Origin: Lama glama
Lineage: Eukaryota
DNA length: 64,000 nucleotides
NCBI GenBank assembly: GCA_028534125.1
Contig: CM052816.1
Coordinates: 81,222,001-81,286,000 of the forward strand
Direction of reading: 5' to 3'
Shown piece by piece: positions 13,666-24,410 of this stretch. The stretch's first letter is position 1, and every line of letters starts with the position of its first letter. The notes below the pieces were generated by a model. That model was given only the letters and a program-made list of their open reading frames with translations, did no database searches and had not been told where the DNA came from. Both the position numbers and the translations under genes were made by a program.

Positions 13666-14021
13666 TGTTGAAGACAAATGTTGAGGAAACCAAGTTTGGG
13701 TTGTATTGGGATGAGGACTTTGGGCGATACTTCATTGCTGGCATTCCAATAATTGTTGGAAAAGGAAGACAGTGAAAGTGTGACACAGAATGTCTTTGTA
13801 ATTTTTTTTTCATCTAGATAATTGTAATGTATTGTCATGATGGAAATAAACAAACAAAAATTTCTTCCGGATTTTGTAAAATGAATTCCAGACCTTTTAG
13901 GTCACACTTTTGTTTTTATTCTCAGGTACCAAGCAGCCTTGTTAGCAATTCTTTCTGACATTACTCTGCTTCAAGATCAAGTCCCAGATTCAGAAAAGAC
14001 ACTTGGAAAATGATACATATC

Positions 14022-14785
14022 TGTGATATAAGAGATATATATATTTGGTCTCCATCCTGTTTCCTGAAACCTGGAATCTCTGAAGTGATAAGTGTCTTGT
14101 ATGCTAATGAGATGACTGGAGGCTGGGGACTCCTGGACAGCCTCAGAGTAGAGGCTGGTTGCCAGGGAACCAAGCTGTGCTTAGAGGATTGGAACTTTCA
14201 GCCCCACCACATAATCACTGTCAATGATTTCATCAATTCTGCCTATAGTGTTTAAGTCCTCACAAAAAACCCTCCCTGAAGGATTTGGAGAGCTTCCGGG
14301 TTGGTGAACGTGGAGGTGCTGGGAGGGTGGCGTGCCTGGAGAGGGCATGGGAGATCCGAGCCCCTCCCTCATACCCTGCCCTATGCATCTCTTCCATCTG
14401 GCTGATCCCTGAGTTGCATCCTTTTATAATGCACTGGTAATCTAGTGAGTAAACTGTTGTCCTGAGTTCTGTGAGCCGTCCTAGCAAATTATTAGACCTC
14501 TGATTTATAGCTGGTCCCTCAGAAGCTCACGTGACAATCTGGCTTTGCCAGCACCTGAAGAGGGGTGGGGGCAGACTAGTGCAACTGAGCTCTTAACCTG
14601 TAGCGTCTGACACTAACTCCAGGTAGCGTCAGAACTGATTCAACTGTAAGGCACCTAGCTGCTGTCCATAAAGAATTAGAGAATCGCTTGATGTGGGAAA
14701 AATAATAATAATAATACATATTTGAAGACCAGAAGTGTGAACACTGTGTATAGACAAGGGAAAACCGAAGAGTTTTTCCAAACAG
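14022..14785 (+). mobile_element. MER21-like LTR
   Basis: tgtatgctaatgagatgactgg...ggctggttgccagggaaccaa...gagagcttccgggttggtgaac...ctgagttctgtgagccgtcctagcaaattatt. Confidence 0.75.
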
Positions 14786-14797
14786 TCCTGTTAACAC

Positions 14798-16894
14798 CAG
14801 CGCCAATCAAAACTAAGTACTGGTCCAAAATGAATTAACCACAGAATTGAGAGTAGGTGCCCAGAAACACTTATAGGAACTTGACGCTGGTACACATCCA
14901 AGCAAGGGTCTGTAGCAAAGGGCAGAGAGCACTTAGGAGTTGTCCCACTCGCACAGGGAGCTGCATGCCTGAGCCGACTAGGAGTCATGAACAGCAGGAC
15001 AATGTATTACTTTAACCTAAAGCATGTACAAATCTTAGAAAATGTAAGCATTTCTTTTCATAACATAATTTTTACGATAATGTTCATTTTTAATCAAGTT
15101 AACTTTTTTCAATTTATGGGTTTATTCTATTACCTTAAGGAGGTAATTTACATTGTTTATTAATTTGTTTATTTCTTTTTATGATTTTAAAGGACGATGT
15201 AAACATGTAAACATTCAATAATGTTTACAATGATGATAGTAGACAAAAAATCTTGGCAGTTTGGTTACTTTCCAGTCAAATAATCATCTATTTTTACTAT
15301 TTTTTCCAGTTTGAAATAATTTCAAACTTTCAGAAGAGTTGCAAGAATAATACAAAGAATTCCCATATACCCTTTAACCTAGATTCACCAATTTTTAGTA
15401 TTTACCAGTTTGCTTTATAGTTTTGTCTATACAGTCAGATGTTCTTAGTACGTTTACTGACAGAGCTAATGTTTTGATGTTAAGAATATTACTTTTATTA
15501 TGTGATTTAATATAGAAACTGATTGTAAATAACTATTATTGGTTGCTGAAGTACTGTGGTTACTGAAGTGGGTAATTCTGTTGAGAACATTTGAACTCAG
15601 GAACAAACTCATAACTTAAAAAGCTGATTTCTACTTTTTAGAGATACGATTTGAACAGCCGTGTTTACTTATTTACCTGATAGCTTCAGTACTTTTAATG
15701 ATAATATGTTCATGCAATATGTTTTCCAATGGCAAATGAGATCTAAGAATTATAATTTGGAAAAACAAGATTTATACAGACTGTAATAACATTTACCATA
15801 ATTTAACAACAATTATCAATCAATAATTTTAGATACTGAATAGAATGTTTTTAATTATATTTCCCATCAAAAGATGGAAATGGAGCCTGAATCCATTTCT
15901 TTCATCAAAATATAACTTAATTTTAACTATAATTACAGGATAAGTTGTATGAATTGACTACTTATGAAGAATTGAAGATCAATTTCAGAAATATAGCCTC
16001 ACTTGCTTCATTATACACAAAAGTTAAAAATTAGTACTTTGAACATCCCTGTGAACTGGTTTCTCCACTATATATGTTACTAAAACAAAACAAACAGTTT
16101 ACACATACATTATCCCCTGTCAGTAACATTGTCATTAATTCAATCTAGATTAGATAAATTTTAACGAGTAAGAAACAAGTCCATTTAGCACATTAAAAAC
16201 TTAATTATTTTTACATAACACTGATACATATTTATACCAAATACTTGGTATAAAACTTAAATATTGGTACATATAGTGTTTGTTCAAAACTGCATTTAAA
16301 TACGAAACAGAAACAGACTCATAGACACAGAATACAAACTTGTGGTTGCCAAGGGGGCGGGGGGTGGGAAGGGACAGACTGGGATTTCAAAATGAAGAAT
16401 AGATAAACAAGATTATACTGTATAGCACAGGGAAATATATACAAGATCTTATGGTAGCTCACAGCAAAAAAAAAAGTGACAATGAATATATATATGTTAA
16501 TGTATAACTGAAAATTGTGCTGTACACTGGAATTTGACACAACATTGTAAAATGACTATAACTCAATAAAAAATGTTTAAAAGAATTAAATTCAAAAACT
16601 GCATTTAAAAATTTAACATGGGAGAAATAGCTATTTCAATCTAACTTTGTTTAGTTTTGTTGACATTTGGCAATGAACTGTGTAGTTATTTTCTTTTCCT
16701 TACCTTTTGTTTGTTCTGATTATATTCATTAAAATGTTATGGCCTGTTGAATCTAATAAAAAATTGCAACTTGTATTTTGTGTGTATTTTTGTATAACTT
16801 TTCTAATAATTTTTTGTTGTATTTTACAAAAATATTGGTCCACAACCGATTGGAAATGACACGTCTTTCACCACAGAGAATTTGCGCAGAACTG
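14798..16894 (+). mobile_element. Decayed hAT-Charlie DNA transposon with transposase remnants
   Basis: Degenerate LAYLxDIF-like and CExGFS-like coding remnants at ~15660 and ~16050; terminal caccacagagaatttgcgcagaactg; boundaries approximate. Confidence 0.55.
16301..16594 (+). mobile_element. 5'-truncated lineage-specific L1 3' end with perfect 15-bp TSD
   Basis: AAAACTGCATTTAAA at 16286-16300 and 16595-16609; L1 tail gtatagcacagggaaatata...caataaaaaa. Confidence 0.9.
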
Positions 16895-18554
16895 CTATCG
16901 CCTTTGACACTCCCCAGCTGGCCACTAGGTGGTGACCAAGGATTTTCTCCCTGAGTGCCTGCATGACCTTTGCAATGGCACCTCCCACTGAGAAGTAATA
17001 AAGCATTCCACATGCTACAGACTTTTCCAGTGTCGACTGGAAGAACTGTCATATCTTTCCTATTTGTCAAACCCACAGAGAAGGCAATTCAGTCTCCCTC
17101 GTATGGGACATTTGTAAATGTTGAGATTGACTTACACAAAGACAGGTATTTTCATATAAATACATTTTGCTGTTGATAGGCTCCCTGCATGAATAGAAGC
17201 ATACCTATACACAAAAACTGCTGAAACCATTGTTACCAAGAAGACTCTTATCTGAGGTCCCTTTGTCCAATAATAATGACCAGAGCCAACTACACCCAGC
17301 CCAAATTATAATAGAAGTCTGTTAAGCCTTTTCAATGCCCATATCTCCCAGAGTCAGCAAGGCAGTGAGATGGCAGGACAGAATTCTGAAAAATGACTGT
17401 CTGAAATCAGTCCGTAGAAAGGACTCAAGAGGCCAGATGGCTTGCCTGTTGCTCTCATGAATATGAGATCCAGAGCCAACAGGAAGACTCTCCCCACATT
17501 AATAGAGAGCCCATGACACTTCTTGCCACTCCCTCAGGAGCCATTCACAGAATATTCCTATATTGGAAGATATGGTGGATGCTGCTGAAAAGCAGAAATG
17601 ACATATGACAAAAGCTTCTCATTTACAAGCATGAGAATCCAAGCCTAATGAGCCCTACCATAACCTACAACCTACGTCAAAGTTTACCAGAGTAGGTCAT
17701 TCCTTCAGCCACACCGGAAGGGTGACAACAAAGACCTTCTTATCACCAACATCTGTATAAACTGATAAGGACTTTAGCTTTCAGTACGTTTCTCCCCTGT
17801 AAAAATACTGGCAGCAGAGCACACAGCAAGGAGAATGAAAACCAGTCTAGGGTCAAAAGGTGACATTATCTCACGTAATAAATTATCCAGGCTTCCAGGT
17901 CTGCCACTTGCAACTGGGATTCTGATGTCTGACTTGAATGCCTGCCTTGAGGACTTACTCTGTCCATTCTTCAAGGTGGTCAACATCTACCACCACCTTC
18001 AGGCACTCAGAAACTTCCTCATCTCCCTGTCTAACGCTGACCACGTGTGCTTGAGCCAACTGGCCACCAACTTTAGGGGCTGAATGTGCTGGGAACCTCT
18101 TCTCAGTCAAAGAAACCATTTGGCGAAGTGGCAGCCCCTGGTCATCTTCCCTGCATAGCAGCAGGCAGTAATCTTGGTGACCGCCAGTCATCTCATGTTC
18201 CTCCCAAAGGCTTTGATGCTCCTTGATGTTGAGATGGTACAAAGAATATGTAGCCTTGGAGCAGAGAGGAGTTTGCCTAGTTAAATTAGTGGACCACACA
18301 TTGAAGAACTTTTCTTTCTTGGACTGATGATTTCTAATTGATAATTTTAGGAGATGTTTATAGTCACTGATGACTAATAACCAAATGAAGGGGAGGAACC
18401 TTGATTAGATACTGCATCAGGGGAAGAAAAAACATTTTGGGGAACAATTGGGGAAACTTCATTATAAACTGATTATAAAATTACCGAATTTTTCTAAGTT
18501 GTGATAATAGTGAGATTAGGTAGAAGAATGTCTATTCTTGGGAAGGACACTGAA

Positions 18555-18960
18555 GTTCAATGGCTATCTCAAGGGAAAAGATCAACGCAACTGTCCGGAT
18601 TGTGAACAGAGCTAGTTTTCTTCCATGGAGCACCATTACTTGCAATCATGAGCAACAAAATATGATTATTCGGACTTGTGGAGTTAGCAGGCATTTCTCA
18701 AAAATGAACAAACCGAACGTGTCACTTAAGGAAAACAATCAACTGCATTAAATGCTTTCAATTCAAGCTTTTGAGCAAAAATTATAGTGCAACTGACCTT
18801 TAAGAAACCACCATTTGTCAAGTTTTGTGGTTGCTATCCCAGAGTATCCACAACTATCTGAAAAGTCTATTAAAATACTCCTCCCTTTTTCCAACTACAT
18901 GTTTCTGTGAGGCTGAATTTTCTTCGAATATTTCAACCCAAACAATGTATTACAAACAGG
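18555..18960 (+). mobile_element. Charlie1-like transposase fragment
   Basis: ORF 18825-19046 contains LFPTTCFCEAEFSS, matching the hAT dimerisation motif FPTTYLCExGFS. Confidence 0.7.
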
Positions 18961-19139
18961 GCAGCAAAAAAGAGACAGAAGGTTGCAAATTAATAGGTAG
19001 AAGACATAAGGGTGTTCCTTTTACTGCTCGTTCAACTTTTCTTTAGGCTTGAAAATTTTCAGAATAGAGTATGTGGAGAGAAAAAATCAAGTTCAAGGTC
19101 ACTGGGATGGAACACAGACATTCTTCAAGTAGTTACTAG

Positions 19140-20290
19140 ATGTAAGAGTGAGAGGGGCCACTCCCATTGATGGCCCCATGGGTCTAACACACTTAGAAGC
19201 TCCTCCCACAAACGCTCTCTAGGCTCCTCCAAGAGACTGGAGACATCTTAAAATGTGTTCCTTTGTTTATAGGTGCTCCTAGAACAGGCCTTGTAACCCT
19301 AACAGGAAAAAGTTGAGATCTAATCCTGGTTATGGAACTGGAGGCAGTAGGGGGTGTGGTGGCCCACCTCTGGGGGCAATAGAGGTCCAGGGAAATTTGG
19401 AGCCCAAATGCCATCTCCTTTCCCAACCAGTACCCTTAGAGATGTCACAGGACGGAGCATTTAAGTGGTGCGACAGCTATGCAGGCCTCACAACAAACCC
19501 TAAGCTTGTCCCAGAACTGCTCTACGACCACAAGTGAGGGGCCTCTTCAAAGCTGCCACAGAGGCTTTCCAGCTCCTTGTGTCTTATTCACAGCTTATAC
19601 CTTTTCTTTCCCTAGAACCTTCTCAGGTCTGTCGAAAGTGAGGTGTCTGCAATATCTTTAGAGTCACCACTAGCCATGATGAGGTGCCATTTGGCCTATC
19701 CAAGTCTTGCCATCCTGGGCAGCCCTCGGTGCTACCACACTGATTGGTCTACGTGGTTGTGGCACCACAGGGTACCCCATTGCCCCCAAATTGACATTAG
19801 CCCATCCTCTCCAAATCTCAAGTCACAGTTCTGAGGGTCCATTTCCTGGGGCCACTTCTGGTACTTATTACTGTAGCAGTCCCAATGCCAACAGGAAGCA
19901 ATGGCACACTCACACTATGACTTGATGAGAGTTTAATAGGGGCCATTTACAGATACGAGTAGAGTATACGAAAACCACAGGGACAGCTAACACATTAGGC
20001 TCAAAGGGTTGGGTAAGAGTGAGTACTGTAAATCAGGAGAGAATTGGAGAGAAGTCCTCTTAAGAAGCCACCTCTAGTCACAGCCAGCCCAAGGTGACCT
20101 TGAAGGGAGGGAGGGAGCCAGAGGAATAAATATCTGACCTCTGTTCCTCCATCTCTCCCATTACCTACTGGGAATCTGTCCTGGCCAAACCCAGTCCGGA
20201 GCCAGAAATCAGGGGAGCCGGCTGCCATGTCCATCCAGTCAACAACCAGGCCAGAGGGTGGAGTGTGGACCTGGGTGAAACCCGAAGACA
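19140..20290 (-). mobile_element. Old ERVL-type internal fragment plus LTR33-like LTR
   Basis: gccacttctggtact...ctgtagcagtcc junction; gagagtttaatagggg..tttacaga. Confidence 0.4.
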
Positions 20291-20714
20291 GCCCACGCAC
20301 AGCGCAGAGCCTCAGGGTTCCAATTTCATCATACCCATTCAAGAGTTGGGAGGAGGGAAGAGAAAGAAGCCTCATTTTACCTAATTCTCTTCTCCTTCCT
20401 AGTATCTTCATTGCTAGTTAAGTTCTTCCTGCACAATCACAAGGCCCATGCTACCTGAAGTTGGTGGCCAAAAGGAAATCCTAGTCACTGTACCAAGGAA
20501 TAATTCAACCTACCTCTACCTCAGTTCTGGCTACTGGCAAAATCTAACTGGGGCAAACCAACACCAACTTTCTTAGAGTTTAGCTTTGATTAAAGGGTTC
20601 AGCAAAGTCACCCAACCCTGGCAGACATGATAAAAGTGCAGCTATGGACAACAGCCCCTTCTGCTGCTGGGAATGTGAGGAAATAGTTTTAAGAAACTCC
20701 GAACAAAGAACAAA

Positions 20715-20795
20715 GGGTAGGGGTGAAGTTCAGTGATAGAGCATGTGCTTGGTGTGTACAAGGTCCTATTCCCAGTACCTCCATTAAGGGGGAAA
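20715..20795 (+). mobile_element. Degenerate Vic-1-like SINE
   Basis: ttcagtgatagagcatgtgctt...aaggtcct...cccagtacctccatt; flanking aaactccgaacaa/aaactccaaacaa. Confidence 0.75.
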
Positions 20796-21339
20796 AAACT
20801 CCAAACAAGATGTGCTGGGTCAGGAGCTAATTCTAGCTCCTATCAGGGTGAAGGTGAATTCAACAGTCTATTGCTAAATCTGTGAACCAGGAATCTTGCT
20901 GTTGGCAAGGTCTATATATACCACAGGAACAGAGTGAGGCAAACACAGTCTAGGGTTTTGGAATTAGCCAGATGTGGATTCCAATTGTTTCTGCCACTTA
21001 CTGTCACTTTGACAAAATCAGCTGTTTACTCCAGAAACTTCAGTTTCCACCTGTAAAATGTACTTCCTCATGAAGTGATACTAAATGGGAAAGTAAATAA
21101 AATTCCTAGTATCTGCCACCATCCACACTTCCCCACCTTCACACTTAACAAACGGGGGTTATTATCCCACTGGGTAGTTACAGTAAGGGGTGGTTTAAAT
21201 AAACTTACAGAACAGTGCTGCTGCCTTTCCTAAACAAGGGAGGGTCTAACCCAAATTCTTTCTAATCCTTACAGGAAAGAGTTGTAAGCAGTCTTACACC
21301 CCAACTCCCCCCACCCCCTAGATTGCTAGGGTTGAAAAG

Positions 21340-21730
21340 GTTGCGGGTGTCAGCGGGGATGGCGGCGGGGCGGGGGCGGGTGGGAGTGAAGGCTGTGGGG
21401 GAGGCCCCGGCGGGGGGGCCTGGGGGAGGGGCGGCCCAGGACCGGGGTCCAGCGGGGGTCTGGGCAGCGGCGGGGAACCGCACGCGCGCACCGGGCGCTT
21501 GGTGAGCCTGTCGGCCTGGGGGTGTAGAGCGCGAGGGCAGCAGCTGGGCCAGGAGTTCAACCACCGGCCTGTGTTGAGCCAAGTACCCTTGAGCGACGGA
21601 CGCTTCAAGTTCCGCATCCACCGCAAGGTGCGGAGCTGGGGAAGCGGAACTGAAACGTGAAGGGTAGTGGAAGGGGACCAGAGGGAGATGGGGGAGGACA
21701 GCCAGGGTAGCCCACATCACCGGGTACCGA
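21340..21730. promoter_or_regulatory. Orphan CpG island with G-quadruplex-prone tracts (NEURL4-derived)
   Basis: Dense CpG, GC boxes (GGGGCGGGG) and multiple G3-G7 runs at 21355-21480. Confidence 0.6.
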
Positions 21731-21935
21731 GAGAGAACTGACAGGACACCAGCTGATGGGCAGGAGGGGAGCATGAAGCTGAAACACTCAGGCTCATGAA
21801 GAGACAAGGGAGAGCCTAAGTTTCCCTCAAGATCCAGGAGCAGGGAAGGGACACGGGGCTCACCCACTGCCATGACTAGGAAACAGACATCCTGGGACAA
21901 TTTCGGGGGGTGGGGGAGAAAAAAAGAAAGAAACG
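21345..21935 (+). pseudogene. NEURL4: NEURL4 5' fragment retrocopy: 5'UTR, exon 1 (ATG 21359, exon end 21627), retained intron-1 portion, A-rich tail
   Basis: Frame 21322-21627 reads ...[63 protein letters not shown] versus recalled NEURL4 [64 protein letters not shown] (NHR1 domain). ATG-GCG-GCG-GGG (MAAG) is out of frame by a 5-nt duplication. Flanked by AAAGGTTGC direct repeats (21336-21344, 21936-21944). Confidence 0.88.
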
Positions 21936-24404
21936 AAAGGTTGCAAAACCCAAACTACAATGTATTTTGTAATTTCTTTTAAAGCTAACACATCCATCAA
22001 CCTCCTGGAGGCAATTTTCCAATGGAAGTTGCTTGCTGACGACGCTGCTCTGAATACCTCTTTACAGCAAGTGAGTTTGCTTTCTACTTAAAAATTCAAG
22101 AACCATTGCACAGGACTCCAGTGTGTTGGAAATGCTCTCAAACGTTTCTAAGAGCTTTCTCTGCCTACCAGTTAAGGACGCTGTAGTGAGCAAGATATAT
22201 TTCTCCATATTTGGGGGGTCATATATCAAAAAAAGATGTATTTATGAGTGCTTGGATACCAAAGGACCCTTGTTTCAGAAACAAGATTTTTAAGGAAAAC
22301 CATAGGGCTTCTGAAACTATTTTTTGATTAATAATTTAAAGGGTTAGTCTTCAAATTTCAACACCAGGAGGTACTTTTGATCTAGATTGAGAGCGGAAAT
22401 TCTTATAAATTCCTCAAAATCCTCAGATTGCTGCCAAATGCCTTCTCACTACCCCTCTCATCCTTTTGTATCACTCAAGTGTGAGAAAATGAAAAAGTCT
22501 TCTTTTCATCTTCCAAAATCAATAGTGAATAGAGGCAACAGAACTCATGCCTCAAAAGCAGTAAACTGGAGAGGCTCGTAACTGGCTCATGTACCAAGCT
22601 TGACTGCAAACAGGAGCCAAGCACAAAGACAGACAAGATGGACAAGACTGTGGTCTGAACTTGAGATGCTCAGCTGTGTGTGAGGGGAAGGAGGGGAGTG
22701 GTTTGAGAACCAAAATAATCAGATTCATGTTAAAATAGGGTACAGCAGGAAATAATTTTCTATGAAAGTATTAAAAGTACTCACGACTCAGGTGGAACTT
22801 AGGAAAGTCACGAGAAAGTGACTGAACTTGATGCTGACACAAAAGATCAGTTTAAATACGTGCTGAACACAGCCAACTCTCCGTCACTCAGATGTCGCAG
22901 TTTCACACACTCCATCCATATCCCACATCCTTACACAGCCACCATTCCATTTCTTTTTCGTTCACAACCAAGCTGCTCAGCCTCCAACTCGTCACTCAAC
23001 CAGCCTCTGCCTTGCCCACTCTTGTCAACACCCATTACCTACAAACCACCACATCATCAGAAATGTCAGTGTTGTAAAAGCCAAGGAAGAAGTGAAGAAC
23101 TGTGTCAGGCTGAAGACTGAAGAGACGTAACAACCAAAAGAATTGGAAGCTTTTGCTATAAAGACATTACTGCAACAACTGGTAAACTTTGAATGGGATC
23201 TCTGGGTATATGGAATTCTCTGTACTATTCTGTTTGGAAAATAAAGCCAGAGAAGGGGCTAGTATAAGCCTGGGGCTTAATTAGAATAAGGCCTAAATGG
23301 AATTCCACCTCACTTTCCAAAACACGAGCTACAATACACAGTTTTAATTAAGTTCTGGCTTGAATGGCAGAAGCCCCTTGTATACAGCATTTTTGTTATC
23401 AAGACAGGTTAAAGTATTCAACTGCTGAGATTCAGGACAAGTGTTTTATTTTCTAGCAGTTAGAGAAAAGAAGTGGTTTAAATCATTCCCAAGTTAATAA
23501 GTTATCTAGCAGAAAAATTAACTATTAAACTCTCTATTAAGAGCCAAAGAGTAAAATAAGAGGGGCATTTCACTTCAGGTAGAAACAGTATGTCATTGTT
23601 AGCCCAGAACTAAAATAGCTGTGGAAAGAGAGGGCTCGGAAGGTCTGAACTCTAATGAATTTATATGAAGTGGGCACGGCAGGAGAGGGGGTGCCCTGCG
23701 TAGCGAGAAATTTTACACAGACAGCCGTTGTCGTCAATAAACTGTTATATAATAAATAATTCTACTTTTTTTTTAATGTTTCATGCTTTTCACACTCCTT
23801 TTCTATCCCATAACTCCTTTGAGTGTAAAGTCAGTGACTAACTGTGTAAGTCCCAAGTACTATTTTATTCCTTTTTACTGGATTTTTGAGTCAGCATGTT
23901 TTACTAAAATTTACAGTTAAAATTAAGTGGAACAAAATAAGAGTCATAAGTAACCTTTCATGGATCTCTCTAACCCTGTGTTAAGTTTCCCTAAATGGAA
24001 ATTTAAACGAGAGATCTCAATATGTAACTAGGCAAAAGTACTAACCAAGAAGGGAAAAACAGACACTTCTTTATAGAGTCTGAAATACCCAAAGGTGTCC
24101 ATTATGCAGCTAATTATAACAAGGAATAATCAGACCACAAAGCACTCACACAGGTAAAGAAAAAAAGAGACCATATAGACTTCGTATTTGCACTTTTCCA
24201 TTTGGATCGAGTAGACGGAAAAAATGGACTCACAACATCCAGTCTCAGAGGTCCTCAGACTAAACCCTCTAAGGCTAATTCACATTCCAAAGCATTCACA
24301 CAGAAAGGGCTCTTGTTTGTTAATAAAACCCATTTAACAGATAACTTAGCCACTCATCTTCAGGTTTGTGAAACTGGGATGACACATAGGGTACATTTCT
24401 TGTT

Positions 24405-24410
24405 TTTATT
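24405..24410 (-). terminator. Candidate distal polyadenylation signal AATAAA of SUB1
   Basis: tttatt on + strand; downstream on the minus strand: tgtaccctatgtgtc. Confidence 0.6.

Noticed and set aside
13529..13853. Three overlapping ORFs including ...TKFGLYWDEDFGRYFIAGIP...
   Set aside because: The 5' half aligns to recalled L2 sequence and the remainder looks LTR-like; probably a chance ORF across a repeat junction
21262..21900. 212-aa and 102-aa proline-rich minus-strand ORFs
   Set aside because: Antisense shadow of the G-rich NEURL4-derived sequence; the homology is on +
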